A stretch of 63,979 bases of DNA, counting the filler, from Catajapyx aquilonaris (lineage: Eukaryota), in NCBI GenBank assembly GCA_000934665.2. It is 3 parts of 3 records of this genome, joined end to end, with 100 filler letters (N's around TTAATTAATTAA, not from the genome) between each part and the next. Parts side by side here need not be neighbours in the genome. Positions count along the whole stretch, not along the records: positions 21,551 to 42,810 come from JYFJ02006107.1; positions 42,911 to 63,979 come from KZ539484.1; 1 more part is not named here. One strand, written 5' to 3'. Position 1 is the first letter of the stretch; each line of letters starts with the position of its first letter. The notes beneath the pieces were generated by a model, which worked only from the letters and a program-made list of their open reading frames with translations, searched no databases and was not told the origin of the DNA. Both the position numbers and the translations under genes were made by a program. This document shows, piece by piece, positions 38,325 through 50,597 of the stretch.

Positions 38325-38446
38325 ATATAACACAGGCCAACCCATGCAGAGCCACCCATGCAGAGATAGCTCATGAAGTGAAACAGTGGCTACGCCATGC
38401 AAGAGAGAGGGCCACCAGACAGCTAGAATGTACTAATCATACATAA
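38325..38446 (+). pseudogene. terminal exon remnant of a CMC accessory gene (DUF4806/BEN-like)
   Basis: TTTTTTCAG| then ...HAEIAHEVKQWLRHARER..., recalled as the DUF4806 C-terminal motif. Confidence 0.55.
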
Positions 38447-38669
38447 TGTAGCCAATGCTGCATTAAACGGAATTGAAAAAAAATGACGTAGTTTGATTTT
38501 CATGTTCATTCTTTGGGTCATTTTCAGTGTACATTGTGAGGAAGAAAGTGCTTTGTCTACGACATATGCTGAGTGTAATTTACTGTATAATGGAGGTGCA
38601 CAATTGAAGGCAATTATTTGTCCCATGAACATCGATGTACATGAGACAAATAATTGTACTGGTTGTACA

Positions 38670-39175
38670 GAACAACCTCTGAATAATGGTGGAAATTACA
38701 ACCTACAGTCGTAATCTGCAACATACGGGGTTGCAATATGAAACCTCGTCGCAAGCTCCTAACAACTGCAAGTTACATATTACAACCCAAGGTTGTAAAG
38801 AACAACCTCTGAATGAGTTGCCAGTTGCAACCTGTCGTAGTTGTCTGTGAAACAAAACAACCTCCTGCAACCTCGTGAAAGCAACCTCTTTGCAAGCTAC
38901 GAACAACCTCTGAATAATGTTGGAAATTACAACCTATAGTCGTAATCTGCAACATACGGGGTTGCAATATGAAACCTCGTTGCAAGCTCCGAACAACCAC
39001 AAGTTACATATTACAACCCAAGGTTGTAAAGAACAACCTCTGAATGAGGTTGCCAGTTGCAACCTGTTGTAGTTGTCTGTGAAACAAAACAACCTCCTGC
39101 AACCTCGCGAAAGCAACCTCTTTCCAACCTCCGTACAACCTGGAATTGCAACCTGCACACAACCTCACTACAACC
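38670..39175. repeat. right subterminal repeats of the CMC element (about 2 x 235 bp)
   Basis: 38670-38900 is repeated at 38901-39125; CAACCT-rich. Confidence 0.8.
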
Positions 39176-40022
39176 TTAAAATTTCCGTAAGGGAAGTCCT
39201 TTTACCACATACACTTCCTGCAGAGTAGTCGTCCGGCCTTTCTTCAGTTCAGCATGCATCGGCATGGACATTGCAGGTACCGTCGTCATCACCCCCGTCG
39301 TTTGGGTCGGCGTGGCAGTTGTCGCTGCGTCGTCGTTCAACATGACGACACTAAAAATCCACTTGAGAGTCACTCTACGGCACAAAGTTTCTCACTAGGC
39401 CTCGCTTGACTAGCGTGCGTGCTGCAAGGCCGGCACTACCCCTCCTCAATACTGTCGATACTATCGCTCTCACTCTTTCCTCTTCTGAGTTCCGCCTTGG
39501 CCCTCTTTGCAGCTCGCTTCGACTCATCGTTACTCGTTCTTGGGTGTCTCCTGATGCTGGCCAGTCAGTATCCAAGATCCCTCCACTGCCACCATGTTTT
39601 ATTCGAGTCATTTACTTAGCCCCCCCTAGTGAAACACGTGCAACTCGGTCAGCCATCTTGTCTGGAGTCCCCCTTTATTTCCAACCTTGTACTCATACAA
39701 CACACTACAGAAGGATCCTGCTCATTCTGTTCCTTCATTTCTGTACTGGGTATGTGCGAAATCAGAGTCAAATTGGAAAATATTTAGAGGTCGCGCCGAG
39801 TGTCGACATGACTCGGGGGGCGCGCTGTCTGCTCCTACCTTGCTCCAGTGCTCCTTCACCTGCACTAGGTGCACCCTTGCACTCTGCTACTTTTAGGGGG
39901 GGGGGGGGTAACACCTGAATAACTACAACGATATCGTTCTACATTAGTATTAAGACAATTTAATTCTCTTTGTACTGTACACTGTGTACAGTGTACACCA
40001 CTACACATCTTATTCTCATATC

Positions 40023-40352
40023 CTACTTTGCTTCTCTGCTCTTCTTCCTCTCTTCATAATACACACTAAGTAGTACTGACTGGAACTGGTCATCATCCTT
40101 GGTCGGACAGGCCTTGTGGTACTCCTGAGCCAAGGCAACTCCTCTTTCTGCCAAGTCATTTGTAACTGCTAGGCCTTCTGTGCACTGCCTTCTGTGCTTG
40201 CTGGTAGCCTGGGTTGGCGCTCCATATGTCGCAGGGTCAGAGAAGAAGATGTCAAGTGGAAGGTTCATTATGTTCATAAATTTTGCCGTGTTTCTTGTCA
40301 CGAAACTCGCAAGAGTTATATCATCACAAGCGCTCGCTGTGGTTTCCGACAT
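40023..40352 (-). pseudogene. hAT-like (hATm-type) transposase C-terminal remnant
   Basis: LAVTNDLAERGVALAQEY...TKDDDQFQSVLLSV resembles the VVNDxAERGV transposase motif. Confidence 0.6.
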
Positions 40353-40469
40353 TTTCAGGTGGTACGTTCATATTCATGTCCACGCCATCCCTGGTGAACA
40401 TGGACTTCACCATCTCCCTCTTCACTTGTTGTGTAGCAACAAGAATAGTGTTCAGTCTAGAATAAAATG

Positions 40470-40811
40470 TTAGAGAGAACTGATGTGTTCTGGAACTCGG
40501 GCACTGCCTTGTCTGGCCATGGTCCCTGCTGGTGGCAAGGGGTCCACTACAATATTATATATAATAAGATTACGCTTCTGCTCACCCTTCACGCGGATGT
40601 GGAGACTTGACACGTCCACTCCTTGAACCATGGCTTGATCGAACAGAACTTCCCGACATTTCTGGAGGAAGGAGGGTCGACTGTTGTTGATGTACTCCTC
40701 TAGGTCATGCGGGAAGCGTCTGTGGACACTCCTGATGGCTTCGGCTATGGTAGCGACTAGGTGGAACAGACTAGAGGTCTCCATCGACTCGGGTTGGAGG
40801 TAAACAGGCAT
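40470..40811 (-). CDS. orphan 113-aa ORF
   Basis: TGTTGCAG|CCATG start context; GC boxes and CCAAT upstream (41020-41055); no recognised domain. Confidence 0.3.
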   Translation of the reverse strand: MPVYLQPESMETSSLFHLVATIAEAIRSVHRRFPHDLEEYINNSRPSFLQKCREVLFDQAMVQGVDVSSLHIRVKGEQKRNLIIYNIVVDPLPPAGTMARQGSARVPEHISSL

Positions 40812-41570
40812 GGCTGCAACACAACAAAAGCCTCGCCATTATTTCAAAAAGAGGGTCAAAATAATGTCGAGGCTTTTGTTGTGTTGGGGGAGGCGCCGGG
40901 AAAGGTTCGCTAAAACCTGGTGGGCGCAGCTGGTGAAAAGGTAGGGGGAAAGGGCGGGACATGGGCGCCACATATTACTGACTGAGAGACACATGACCTC
41001 GAGAGAGGGACAGGCGGCCTGAGCCCCGCCCTCCCTCGCTCCGATTGGTCCCGCCTCTGCCGCGCTTTTAAAAACCACTCTGCTGGCAGGCATAGGCCTT
41101 CTTCGTGGTGCATTCATGCTAATTATCCTGCATTTTTTTCATGCCGATATTAACGAATATATTGATGCCGGCATTGTTATTATGGCATTTCTTACGGATT
41201 ATGAAACTCGTTTTCTCTTTGTAACTTCCTCATTTCCACTTTTAACCGAATACACCGCCAATTACCATTTCACACTAATTGCCAATCACTTGAGCCAAAG
41301 CGCTCCTAATTTTAATAAATAAAGGAGGTCAACCTATGCGGGTCTGGCACTAATACTGAATGAAGTGTCACCAGGAAACCTTTCATGCACACAAATGGCA
41401 TTCATTAATACATAATAATGTACAGTACGGTACGTATATTCTAAACCAGCGAGGTAGGCTAAGCATTGTCCATTGGTTCGCCAGGAAAGACTACATATAT
41501 TTCCGAGTAGGCTAAATGAATTCCACATGCATGCTGAAAAATCTCGACGTGACAAATGTATCTTGTATGT

Positions 41571-42603
41571 ACAGTCTCTGACAAAGCATTGATTGTCCTA
41601 CTTTGCGAGAAATAAATTAATACTTATTTCGCGCATTTATTTATTAAAATTAGGAACGCTTTGGATCAAGTGTTCCCAATTAGTGTGAAATGGTAATATG
41701 ACTGGTGTGTATTGTATTCGGTTAAAAGTGGAAATGAGGAAGTTAAACCAGTTTTAAAATCCGTATCTCAAATTCATGTTACACGGACTTATGCAATTAT
41801 TGCACCAAGGCCAAATAGAGAACCAATCGGAACAGGGGAAAGCATTTCTAATCACGGAAGGTTGCTAGTTGACGTAAACTGCATGGGCAGTCTTCTCTGT
41901 ATGATGTAAACACTTGGGGCTCACGGCGGCTCTCTCTCTCTCTCTCTCTCTCNTATATATACACCTAGAGGAGGTACTCGGCCTGAAATGTGAGGCAGGC
42001 AACAATGCAGGCAACAGTATGACCTCCAACAAGATGGCGGACGCATGACATTATTGAACTAATTGTCACCCAGTTGTCATTATTGGTTGTTGTCCCAGTT
42101 GCTAGACAACTGTTAGAACAACAATATGACCTCCAACAAGATGGCGGCTGCCTCAGCCTGTCTAATGGAAAAGGATAGGGAGTACCTCCTCTAGGTATTA
42201 TATTATATAGTAGCAGAACTCTTTGACAGTCTCTGACAAAGCATTGATTGTCCTACTTTGCGAGAAATAAATTAATACTTATTTCGCGCATTTATTTATT
42301 AAAATTAGGAACGCTTTGGATCAAGTGTTCCCAATTAGTGTGAAATGGTAATATTTGTGGTGTGTATTGTATTCGGTTAAAAGTGGAAATGAGGAAGTTA
42401 AACCAGTTTTAAAATCCGTATCTCAAATTCATGTTACACGGACTTATGCAATTATTGCACCAAAGGCCAAATAGAGAACCAATCGGAACATGGGAAAGCA
42501 TTTCTAATCACGGAAGGTTGCTAGTTGACGTAAACTGCATGGGCAGTCGTCTCTGTATGATGTAAGCACTTGGGGCTCCCGGCGGCTCTCTCTCTCTCTC
42601 TCT
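41571..42603. repeat. about 380-bp direct duplication (41571-41952 and 42226-42603)
   Basis: Near-identical copies, each ending in (CT)n. Confidence 0.85.
41963..42196. mobile_element. small MITE in a TA-rich site
   Basis: 17-bp TIR ACCTAGAGGAGGTACTC; two copies of TATGACCTCCAACAAGATGGCGG. Confidence 0.7.
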
Positions 42604-43159
42604 CCCTCCCTCTCTCCCTCTAGGTTGTTTTCTAGCAGTAAAAAATGGCAAATTGATTCGTCCCTGCAATATTAGAGTAAAATATGACAGATCTTTAACG
42701 TGTTTTTATATTTTAAAATAGTGATGCCATAATAACGATACCGGCATCAATATATTCGTTAATAACGGCATGAAAAAAATGCAGGATAATTAGCATGAAT
42801 GCACCAGTGANNNNNNNNNNNNNNNNNNNNNNNNNNNNNNNNNNNNNNNNNNNNTTAATTAATTAANNNNNNNNNNNNNNNNNNNNNNNNNNNNNNNNNN
42901 NNNNNNNNNNGCTATTGACCCAAAATGGAGGCTATGCAAGGCAGACATTCTCGATCCCGCAGCTGGCTTCCTACCTCCTGCGGTCTTTTGATCCCCTGTC
43001 ATTGGCGCCCGGTTTAAGATTTCTTCGAAAAAAGTGACCGCCTAGGGTCTAGCCTATTTACCAGATTATGCACTTCAAAGAGAAATAAATGTGAAATGAG
43101 AGATGAAGTAAGGCAGCGGGAAAGGTCCATAGCGATAAAAAGAAACGACGTCTTCCTTT

Positions 43160-43228
43160 CAGGATTCGATCCTTCAACCTTCAGGTTACGAAGAGAGAGT
43201 CTTAACCACTAGACCATTGCGCTACTTC
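43160..43228 (-). mobile_element. tRNA-derived sequence (SINE head or part of a Helitron-like repeat)
   Basis: A box TGGTCTAGTGG and B box GGATCGAATCC; no acceptor stem. Confidence 0.55.
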
Positions 43229-44099
43229 GATACTGACACTCTCTCCATCATGTACTTATTATAAAGAAAGGGCGCCACAAAATTCAACAATCACCATAAA
43301 ATATTTGATTTAGGTTACATTTTTTAGCCTTATTAGTGTGCTAATAAGTAAAAGAATGTGATAATTTGTGGTTTCAGTTATATCAAGTAAAAAAGGCATA
43401 TTCATTATACAATATGTTATCAGAAACCATTATTTTCGCGGCTTTTCCAGTTTTCCCCGCCACTTATTCTTCCACCCTTTTCTCCCAGTCTCCCAGTCTC
43501 ATATCTTTACTCCAACTGAACCTGCGTTACTGAGCTAGTCAGGGTGTGACCCGAGGTCATGGGTCACAATGTATTGTACTGTATAAAGCATATATACGAT
43601 ATACCTACCAGCTGTGTCCTTCTTTCTGAAGATTTGGAAATGGCCACCCTATACCTGCTACAGAAGGCCACTAGACCAATGCAACACATGACAAATATCT
43701 ACTGCATATGCGGGTAATTAGCTAGTACTGTAATACAGGCCAATGTTTAACTCGAACGAATACTTCAGTAACGGATTGTAATGTTTAGATGCAATGACAT
43801 GCTATAACATTGAAGCCTTTTTTATTCTAAATTTCCTTAATAATATAGTGTACTTGCCTCCCTGATGACCTGGCACCCGAAGACCTGGCACACCGAAATT
43901 ACTCGTAATTGACCTGGAATCTCAACGAGCAAGAATTTATTGAGGGATAATTGAGGTTCTTTATTAGCAAGCTTGTTTTTGTTTTTTCCGATCCACAGAT
44001 ATGGGCACAACACGCATTATATGAAAAAAGTTAGTCTGTTTAATCGCACATACGTATAGATGTAGATTCTGCTAGGTATGACGGTGATGACGGTGCTTG

Positions 44100-45750
44100 A
44101 ATATTCCTTCGAGCGTTCCTCTCTGCATTTCTTGCTCCTCCCCCTCCAGGGGGTTTATGTGAACAGGAGCTCTGTCCTGCATCTGAGGAAGAGAACAGAT
44201 AGTTGTGAAACTATTGGTCATCACTCACTTTATAGAGACAGAGACATTAAATAGGACGTTTGAAATCGTAGATTTGGTTTGCTGAAGTAAAAAGGCGTAT
44301 GGTCATAACTGAATTTAATTTCTTTGTAAAACAAATACCTCCTAGTATGTTGTAACATCATAAGGGTTTTGTTTTTAACGTTTGACTTCAAAGTTTCAAT
44401 TGTTGAGGGTGAATTTATAAAAAGTTCATCCCAGCTTAGATCATACATTTGAACTAGGTGTTTACATGCGAATAACCAATTATCTCTGATCTGTGGGTAA
44501 TCTTCGTTTGTTTTTTGTGAATATGTGTAGGCTTCCTTCACTATAGTCGGTTATTTTCAGTATTAAATAACTTCTCAATATTCCTGATAATCGTTTTTTA
44601 TTAATGTTACTGTCAGTGGTATTATTCCTGTATAAAATAGTTTGCAGTGTTTTTTGGGAGTCCAAGAAACCTTTTAATAAAAATCATTTGAATCTGGTTT
44701 ATTGTGCCTAATTGGTGTGGGCCCCAAATGTAGGCATTGCACATTATTATTGGGGTGATATGCGCCTGGAACAGTTGCATAGCTACCTTCAGGTCCCTTA
44801 ATAATTGCTTTAGATTTATCAAAGTTGGCCAGAGTCCATTTATTGCCCCTAGAGCTTTCTTTTTTATTTGTTCCGCAAGCCAAACTTTCCAGAGCTTTTG
44901 AAGGGGATACCTAAGTATGTGTATGACGATACCAGTTCTATCTTGTCCAGGTTCCAATATAGCTTCTTATTTGGTTGTTTGCCACCTTTCCGGAAGCACA
45001 TGATTTTGGTCTCTTTTAGGTTAATTTGTAGTTCGTGGAGTTCGTAAAAATGATCTTAATATGTTTAAATTTTGTTGCAAATATAACGGATTATCTGTCA
45101 AAAGAACGAGATCATCAGCATAAGCCAGTACTCTGAAATCTATAATCTATATTCCAGAAGGACACTTGAAGGGGGTAATGTGATTTTTTGCCGAGATTGT
45201 GGTTTGTTGCCTAGCGTGTAACCTTCCCACTGACCTGATCCATAGGTTGGAGAGGCGAGACATTTCCGGGTATCTTAGGGGTTCTCGGTACTGCACTTTT
45301 AGATTTGACTAAGTCTCGGTCTGTATAGAATGCAAACTTGACAATCAACGGGGGCAAGCCTGGTATTCTTCCTAACCTGCGTACTCTCTCCAATTTGACA
45401 GTGGACGGCGATGGATGCATTGCATGGGTTTTCAGGAATTCCCGAAAAATAGCTGTCGTGCGGTCCCATACTTCATCCTTCTCTTCTTGCAGCACATATA
45501 TCACCAAATTGCTCCTCCGAGTCTGGTTTTCAAGCTGATCTACTTGATTTTCCAAATCTATGAGGCGCTGTTGGTCCTTCCGTAGCTTTGTTTGTGTCGG
45601 TGGTTACCTTCTCGTGAGTTCCTGAAATCTGGTAGTCCAGGTCTCTTCGATGGTCTCAATAGTCTTCTTTAGGGTAATGTCCAGCTCTATCTTCAACTTG
45701 GACATACGATCGTCCAGCAACTCTGCCATCTGATCTAGTGTTGCCATCTT
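44100..45750 (-). mobile_element. decayed non-LTR retrotransposon (LINE): ORF1 and RT fragments
   Basis: ORF1 QLENQTRRSNLVIY...PLIVKF; RT LAYADDLVLL near 45120; FRKGGK; FIKRFLGLPKNTANY; multiple frameshifts. Confidence 0.85.
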
Positions 45751-46792
45751 CCCAGTCCACTCCCGCTGAGAATCAGACTTGTAAAACAGGACACAGAAAA
45801 AATTAAGAAAATTTTCCCAGTGTAAATTACGCAGAGAAGAAAATTAACGAAGGATTGTTTTGGCTGGTGGTAAACTGGATGTGGATGTGATTCATGAGCT
45901 TGATGTAACAGTAACAGGATCAACTTACTAGGATAATTAACAGGTGTGAATAGATTCTTTTGACGTAATGAGCTAGCCAGTGTCATCACCACGCTTTTAT
46001 TTCTTTTTCCTCTCCTCAGATTCCCAAATTTTGGACATTAGTAACAACCATATTCGAAAAATACATTGCTCCAATTTGGTATACCTACGACGAAAAAGAG
46101 AACTGGAGCAGGGCCTTGGTTAGGGGGAATAAGGAGGGGGTGGGACATCAGGAATGTGTCATTGTGAATGTACTTGAATGGGTCGGGTGGGGGGGGGTGG
46201 GAAGTGACAATAATACAAGAGACCCTAATCTCACTCTCTCTTTTCTTCGCGTTCGTCGCATTTAATATCCAGCTTGAATTTATTTATTGGAGCCGGTGTG
46301 TTGGCGGGTATCATGCGCATTATTGCACATGCAATCGTTGCGTCTCTCAGCTGCACTTCAGGTGGGGGGGAGTGTCAAGCCAATTAATTGTGATAAGGGG
46401 GGGGGAAGGGATTTTGTGGAGGGAGGGAAGTAAATGGGAGGGGGATGGGGAAAGGATTATGTGCATGTGGCTCCTCCACAACAAGGGAACAAAAAAAACT
46501 CAACATCAGAGTGGACCAAAAAATTTGTCAAGGGCCAACGCTGTACAGTTTAGAGATGTGGTCCTTGCGTATTTTATTTTTTTCTGTCGTATTTTTTTTT
46601 CTGAGTAAAAGAGCTGCACAAAACGAGCCTTGAGCGGGATGTACGAGTCATTTCTCTCTCTCTCCGTCCTCGCGTTCGTTATTTTCATTTCTGTCGTTCT
46701 GAGTCTCCCGCTGCCACTGGTCACTCACTCACTTGCCTCACGAAAACAGAAATAAGTAGTCACTTCCTACTCCTTTCCTGCAGTCTAGGGCA

Positions 46793-46902
46793 TCACCTTC
46801 CCCGGGCAACCATCACAAGCGGTGCCCATGCAAGCACCAACACTACCCACCAGTTGGCTCCGCTGCCTGAAGCAGCATCCCCAGCATCCTCGTTGCACTG
46901 AC
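46793..46902 (-). CDS. unknown Cys-rich protein, terminal exon 8 (GPI-signal-like tail)
   Basis: TTTCAG|; GQCNEDAGDAASGSGANWWVVLVLAWAPLVMVARGR*; the eight exons total 2037 nt. Confidence 0.8.
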
Positions 46903-47250
46903 CTGAAACGTGCAAAAAAATATCTCTTTTAAGACGGTCCATCGTGTTATTTGTCTAAGTCTGTTGTTCGAGTGCAGGAGAGTCGTGCCAAGTGCAATCC
47001 CGCTAAGATCATGAATGTGCCATGAGTAGGGCAGCTCGAAACTTGGGAACTAAACCTAGTGGAGTCTGCAAATGTTTAAATAGTGAACATGGTGCGGACT
47101 AGCTGAATAATTAATCCGATACCTCCAGCCACTCCTGCCTATGTTTTTGATTATGCATACAGCCAGCATCTCGTGAAAATTATTGTAGATATGAATTTCT
47201 AGTTCTTAAATTCGCCTGCGCCTTGAGAGGTATAAAACATCGGAACTCAC

Positions 47251-47946
47251 CATGGCTGGTGAGGTTGAAGGCGAATAGTCCAGTGGCAGCTGCAATTGCG
47301 CTGTGACCAGACTGCTGCTGCTGGGCCCCCGCCGCAGCGTGGAGGCTGCCAGACAGCGGCGATGAGGCGGCCACTGCCGCTGCTGCCATAGTGCCATCAG
47401 CCTGTGGACTGGGCCTTAGGCATGCGCCAGCAACGGAGGCAAACCTGAGGCCAGACCTCCCAACCTGCGCTGCCGCAAAGCACAACCTTCTTGCGCCGGT
47501 TGAGCTCCGACTGAGCGGCGACGCTATCAGAAAGTGGGTCTGACCCTCTGTCCAGCTCCCATGGCACGCAAATGTGCCAGCAGGCTCGCCAACCAGTGAC
47601 GATGCCGACACTTGTGCACTGGAGGTGTCATCCCCAGAGGCACCACCAGTGCACCCGCCTGGATGAAATTCCATTGTGTCGTGCGTTGAACAACCAACTG
47701 TCAGCTGCCCAACTCCTCCAGTGTTGTCAGATACTATGGCACCAGTCCCATCACTAGCCGCATTGTCACAGTGAGAGTCCCTACTTGCCCTTCGTCCCTC
47801 ACGCACCATCCCAGTGACAGTATAACGTCCAAGAAAAGGGCATCTCCGTGTCTGTGGGCTGGCAGCAATCAGCGTCGTAAAGGGAAGGGCGGACGGGTTG
47901 AAATGGGACGGGAGACATGCCTCTTCTGACACCCGTGATGCACTCC
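47251..47946 (-). CDS. unknown Cys-rich protein, exon 7
   Basis: TTTCAG|...G|GTGAGT; RCPFLGRYTV, FACHGSWTEG, AFNLTSH. Confidence 0.88.
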
Positions 47947-48340
47947 CTGAAAGGATAATGGCAATGAAATACGATGCAATGGAAAACACCTGCTTCAACT
48001 TTCAAAATCGAACTACAGCCTTTCTTGCATGATAGCAGATAATGCATCATATGGATTGCTAAATATGAAAAGTAACTTGATGCTCTAGACTTCATGACTT
48101 CACAGGATTGTACAAGAAGGAATCTGGGTCATTAGGTGTTAGTCTTTAGCTTTGAAAGAAATTGCAGAATGTGCCAAGCTGCATCTCTCTCGCTAACTGC
48201 ATACTTCTTAGAACAGAAAGTACTTGAGCAGCATTCACTGCTCATAGATTCTCGACCTTTCTACTCTTACACTAGTGAGAATTAGTTTTTACAATGTGCC
48301 GTGGTTAGAGGAGTGGATAAACTAATGTAGAAATGCTCAC

Positions 48341-48405
48341 CCTTCTGGACTTCCACCACGTAGCCATCCCTTCTGTAGAATCTCATGCACACGTATCCGC
48401 TTTCA
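48341..48405 (-). CDS. unknown Cys-rich protein, exon 6
   Basis: TTGCAG|...G|GTGAGC; CESGYVCMRFYRRDGYVVEVQK. Confidence 0.88.
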
Positions 48406-50075
48406 CTGCAAGTAGAAAAGAAGACAATTATTAATAACAATGACAACACTCCATTTGATAACTTTGCTACCACTGCCACTGAGATTAAAGTAATTGACTA
48501 AATACCAAAACTACATTGGCAAGCACAATAAAAATTCCACTTTAATTGTACTGGGGACACGAGGTGAATGCAACTGGGTATCCGTGCACCTTTTTTTTTT
48601 TTTTTTGCTTGTGCAACTAAGAACTGATCGAGCTTTCCAATAATAATTCATTCGTGTATCTTTAGCAATGGTAAACTTTTCTGGCCTACAAAGGCAATCG
48701 AAAGTCCCAAACTCATCAATATGCAGTCTTCAGCAGTCAATGATAATATTGGTCAAACACTTTTAGTAGAAGTGTAAACAATCTCGACTGGCATTTTAGG
48801 TAAGTAAGCACACACATGTTTACACTCTTGATTTTTTATGGTTCAAAATGACATTCTTGTTACCATTGCTTGGTAGGATAACTTGCTTAGTAAAAACAAC
48901 AACGATGTCATTTGGAGGTGTGAATAACGAGTATATTTTAGCAACAAGGCCTTCATCACGATTTTGGATGACATAAATAACTAAGGCTTTTCCTTTGATG
49001 TGAAGCTTGGTAAAAACTTTTGCAAAAACTAGACGTGGCTACACAGTATGAATAATTCATGTTGAGGTGCACCCCTATTACGTGCCCTAGCTGTCTATGA
49101 AATGAAAGTATACACCGGTTCTGATTAGATTGCACAGTGGCAGAGATTACCCAAACCAATTCCAAGAAAGCAAAATCTCTTGCATATTAAGTACCAACAA
49201 CAGATAATTGCACTGCAGATCAATGATCAATGAAATTTTCACCCAAAACCCCCCCACCCAATGCCAGGCTTAGTTTCCTCCAAATAACCGCATTGTTTGA
49301 ACACTGACCAACGCAGCACCCGAATTGTAACTAATTAGTGAACCCTGCAATAATTGAGTAGGGCAGCGAATCTTTAATTAGGCCAGAGGCTTCCCCCAAG
49401 TTCGGTTGGAGGTCGCAGTGCATTAAACAATTCATGAATGCCAAACAGTTAACGTGGGGTCGGCTCCATGAAGGGCAAAAAAAAAGGAGGAGGAGGAGCA
49501 AAAGCCTCAAACTAGAGATGTGCAGGCAACTATTATTTATTCCTCCTTCCGCGGTGCAGCTGTTTTCCTTCCTTGAAGGAAGCTGCCGGACGTTACCTAG
49601 GCAACTCCCAACCTTTGAGAGTGTTTGCATACTTCCCCATCAAGCATTCTCAAACCAGCCTGTCCGCCATCAAAATTGCAGGCCTGTATTTTTAGAGTAG
49701 GGTGAAGCAGAGAGGGCTACGTGTCCTCCAGCTATTGCTCTGGAAATAAAACTCATGGCCATCCAATTTTATGAGGGAGGTTCACCTGGGCTATGCATTG
49801 ATCCAGTCTAAAATGCTGTTTGTGTAAACAGCAAAACAAACAATCAGAAATCAAGCATGCAAGCAAGATATGGCAGCAACGCACAACAAAAGAGGGGCTC
49901 AGTTCAATGGCTGAATATTCCGAGGGTGCAGCACAGTCATAAATTAACATTCATTTCCCTTATGTGTCTAAAATGTGCACCACTCACGCCCACCGCAGAG
50001 CCAAAAAAAGCAAATGTACGGCTAAAATGTATGATTTAAAAACTTGGAATACAAAAGACCGCAATCACAACTCAC

Positions 50076-50597
50076 CATCCTTTGGTGAGGTGTGCCACAA
50101 GTGTGACCTGCATTTGCATGGCACTTCCGCTGCCATGACCGCTGGAGGAAGCTGCCTCGCCCTCTGCAGTAGCGGCATCATCCTTGTCATCCAAGTGATC
50201 AGCACCCGTAAAAGCTGGTGGAAGTGCTCCAATTCCTGTCGCGTCTAACCTCATGTGACAGACCACCCGCACCTCCCCTGACGACGAAGACGATGTAGAG
50301 GTTGACTCAGAAGCAGGGTAGATGGCGGCTGGGTTGTCTGAGGCGATCCGCAATGTTGTGTTGCGGTGGTTGAGCGTGAGTGAGAGGCGCCCATCCAGGG
50401 AATGCCAGTGGTGGTGCTGGGCAAGCCACCAGGGATACCGGCATTTGGCTTGGTGATGCTCGACACGAGTCAGTCGCATAGTGCGAGAACCCTCTGTGGC
50501 TGAGTTGACTCCATTGCAGGTCGCATCGCCAGACTGGGCAAGCAGGTACCCAGGACTGCCACCGCTTCCTCCACGCCATCTCTCCCACACAAAGCAC
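50076..50597 (-). CDS. unknown Cys-rich protein, exon 5
   Basis: GACAG|...TG|GTGAGT; CFVWER...AQSGDATCNG...VAHLTKG. Confidence 0.88.

Larger units (their letters stand above)
34608..39193 (+). mobile_element. CMC/EnSpm-like DNA transposon (non-autonomous) inserted in Gypsy pol
   Basis: 25-bp TIR CCCTTACGGAAATTTTAAGGTTGTA; 2-bp TSD AA; CAACCT/AGGTTG subterminal repeats; removing it restores the frame VVKGLTSPLLGKP. Confidence 0.88.
31925..39709 (-). mobile_element. Ty3/Gypsy LTR retrotransposon (Mag-like), internally deleted and interrupted
   Basis: LTRs 39595-39709 and 31925-32037 (TG...CA; 2 substitutions and 2 homopolymer indels); PBS TGGTGGCAGTGG (tRNA-Leu-like); PPT AAGGGGGGAGA. Confidence 0.95.
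41107..42806. mobile_element. non-autonomous DNA element with about 85-bp TIRs
   Basis: GGTGCATTCATGCTAATTATCCTGCATTTTTTTCATGCCG... inverted at 42724-42806. Confidence 0.65.

Noticed and set aside
42811..42910. Second TTAATTAATTAA in an N run
   Set aside because: Same assembly artefact
43160..43228. Functional tRNA gene
   Set aside because: A and B boxes present, but the acceptor and anticodon stems do not pair
43855..43918. Hammerhead ribozyme (CTGATGA...CGAAA)
   Set aside because: Stem III is plausible, but stems I and II cannot form
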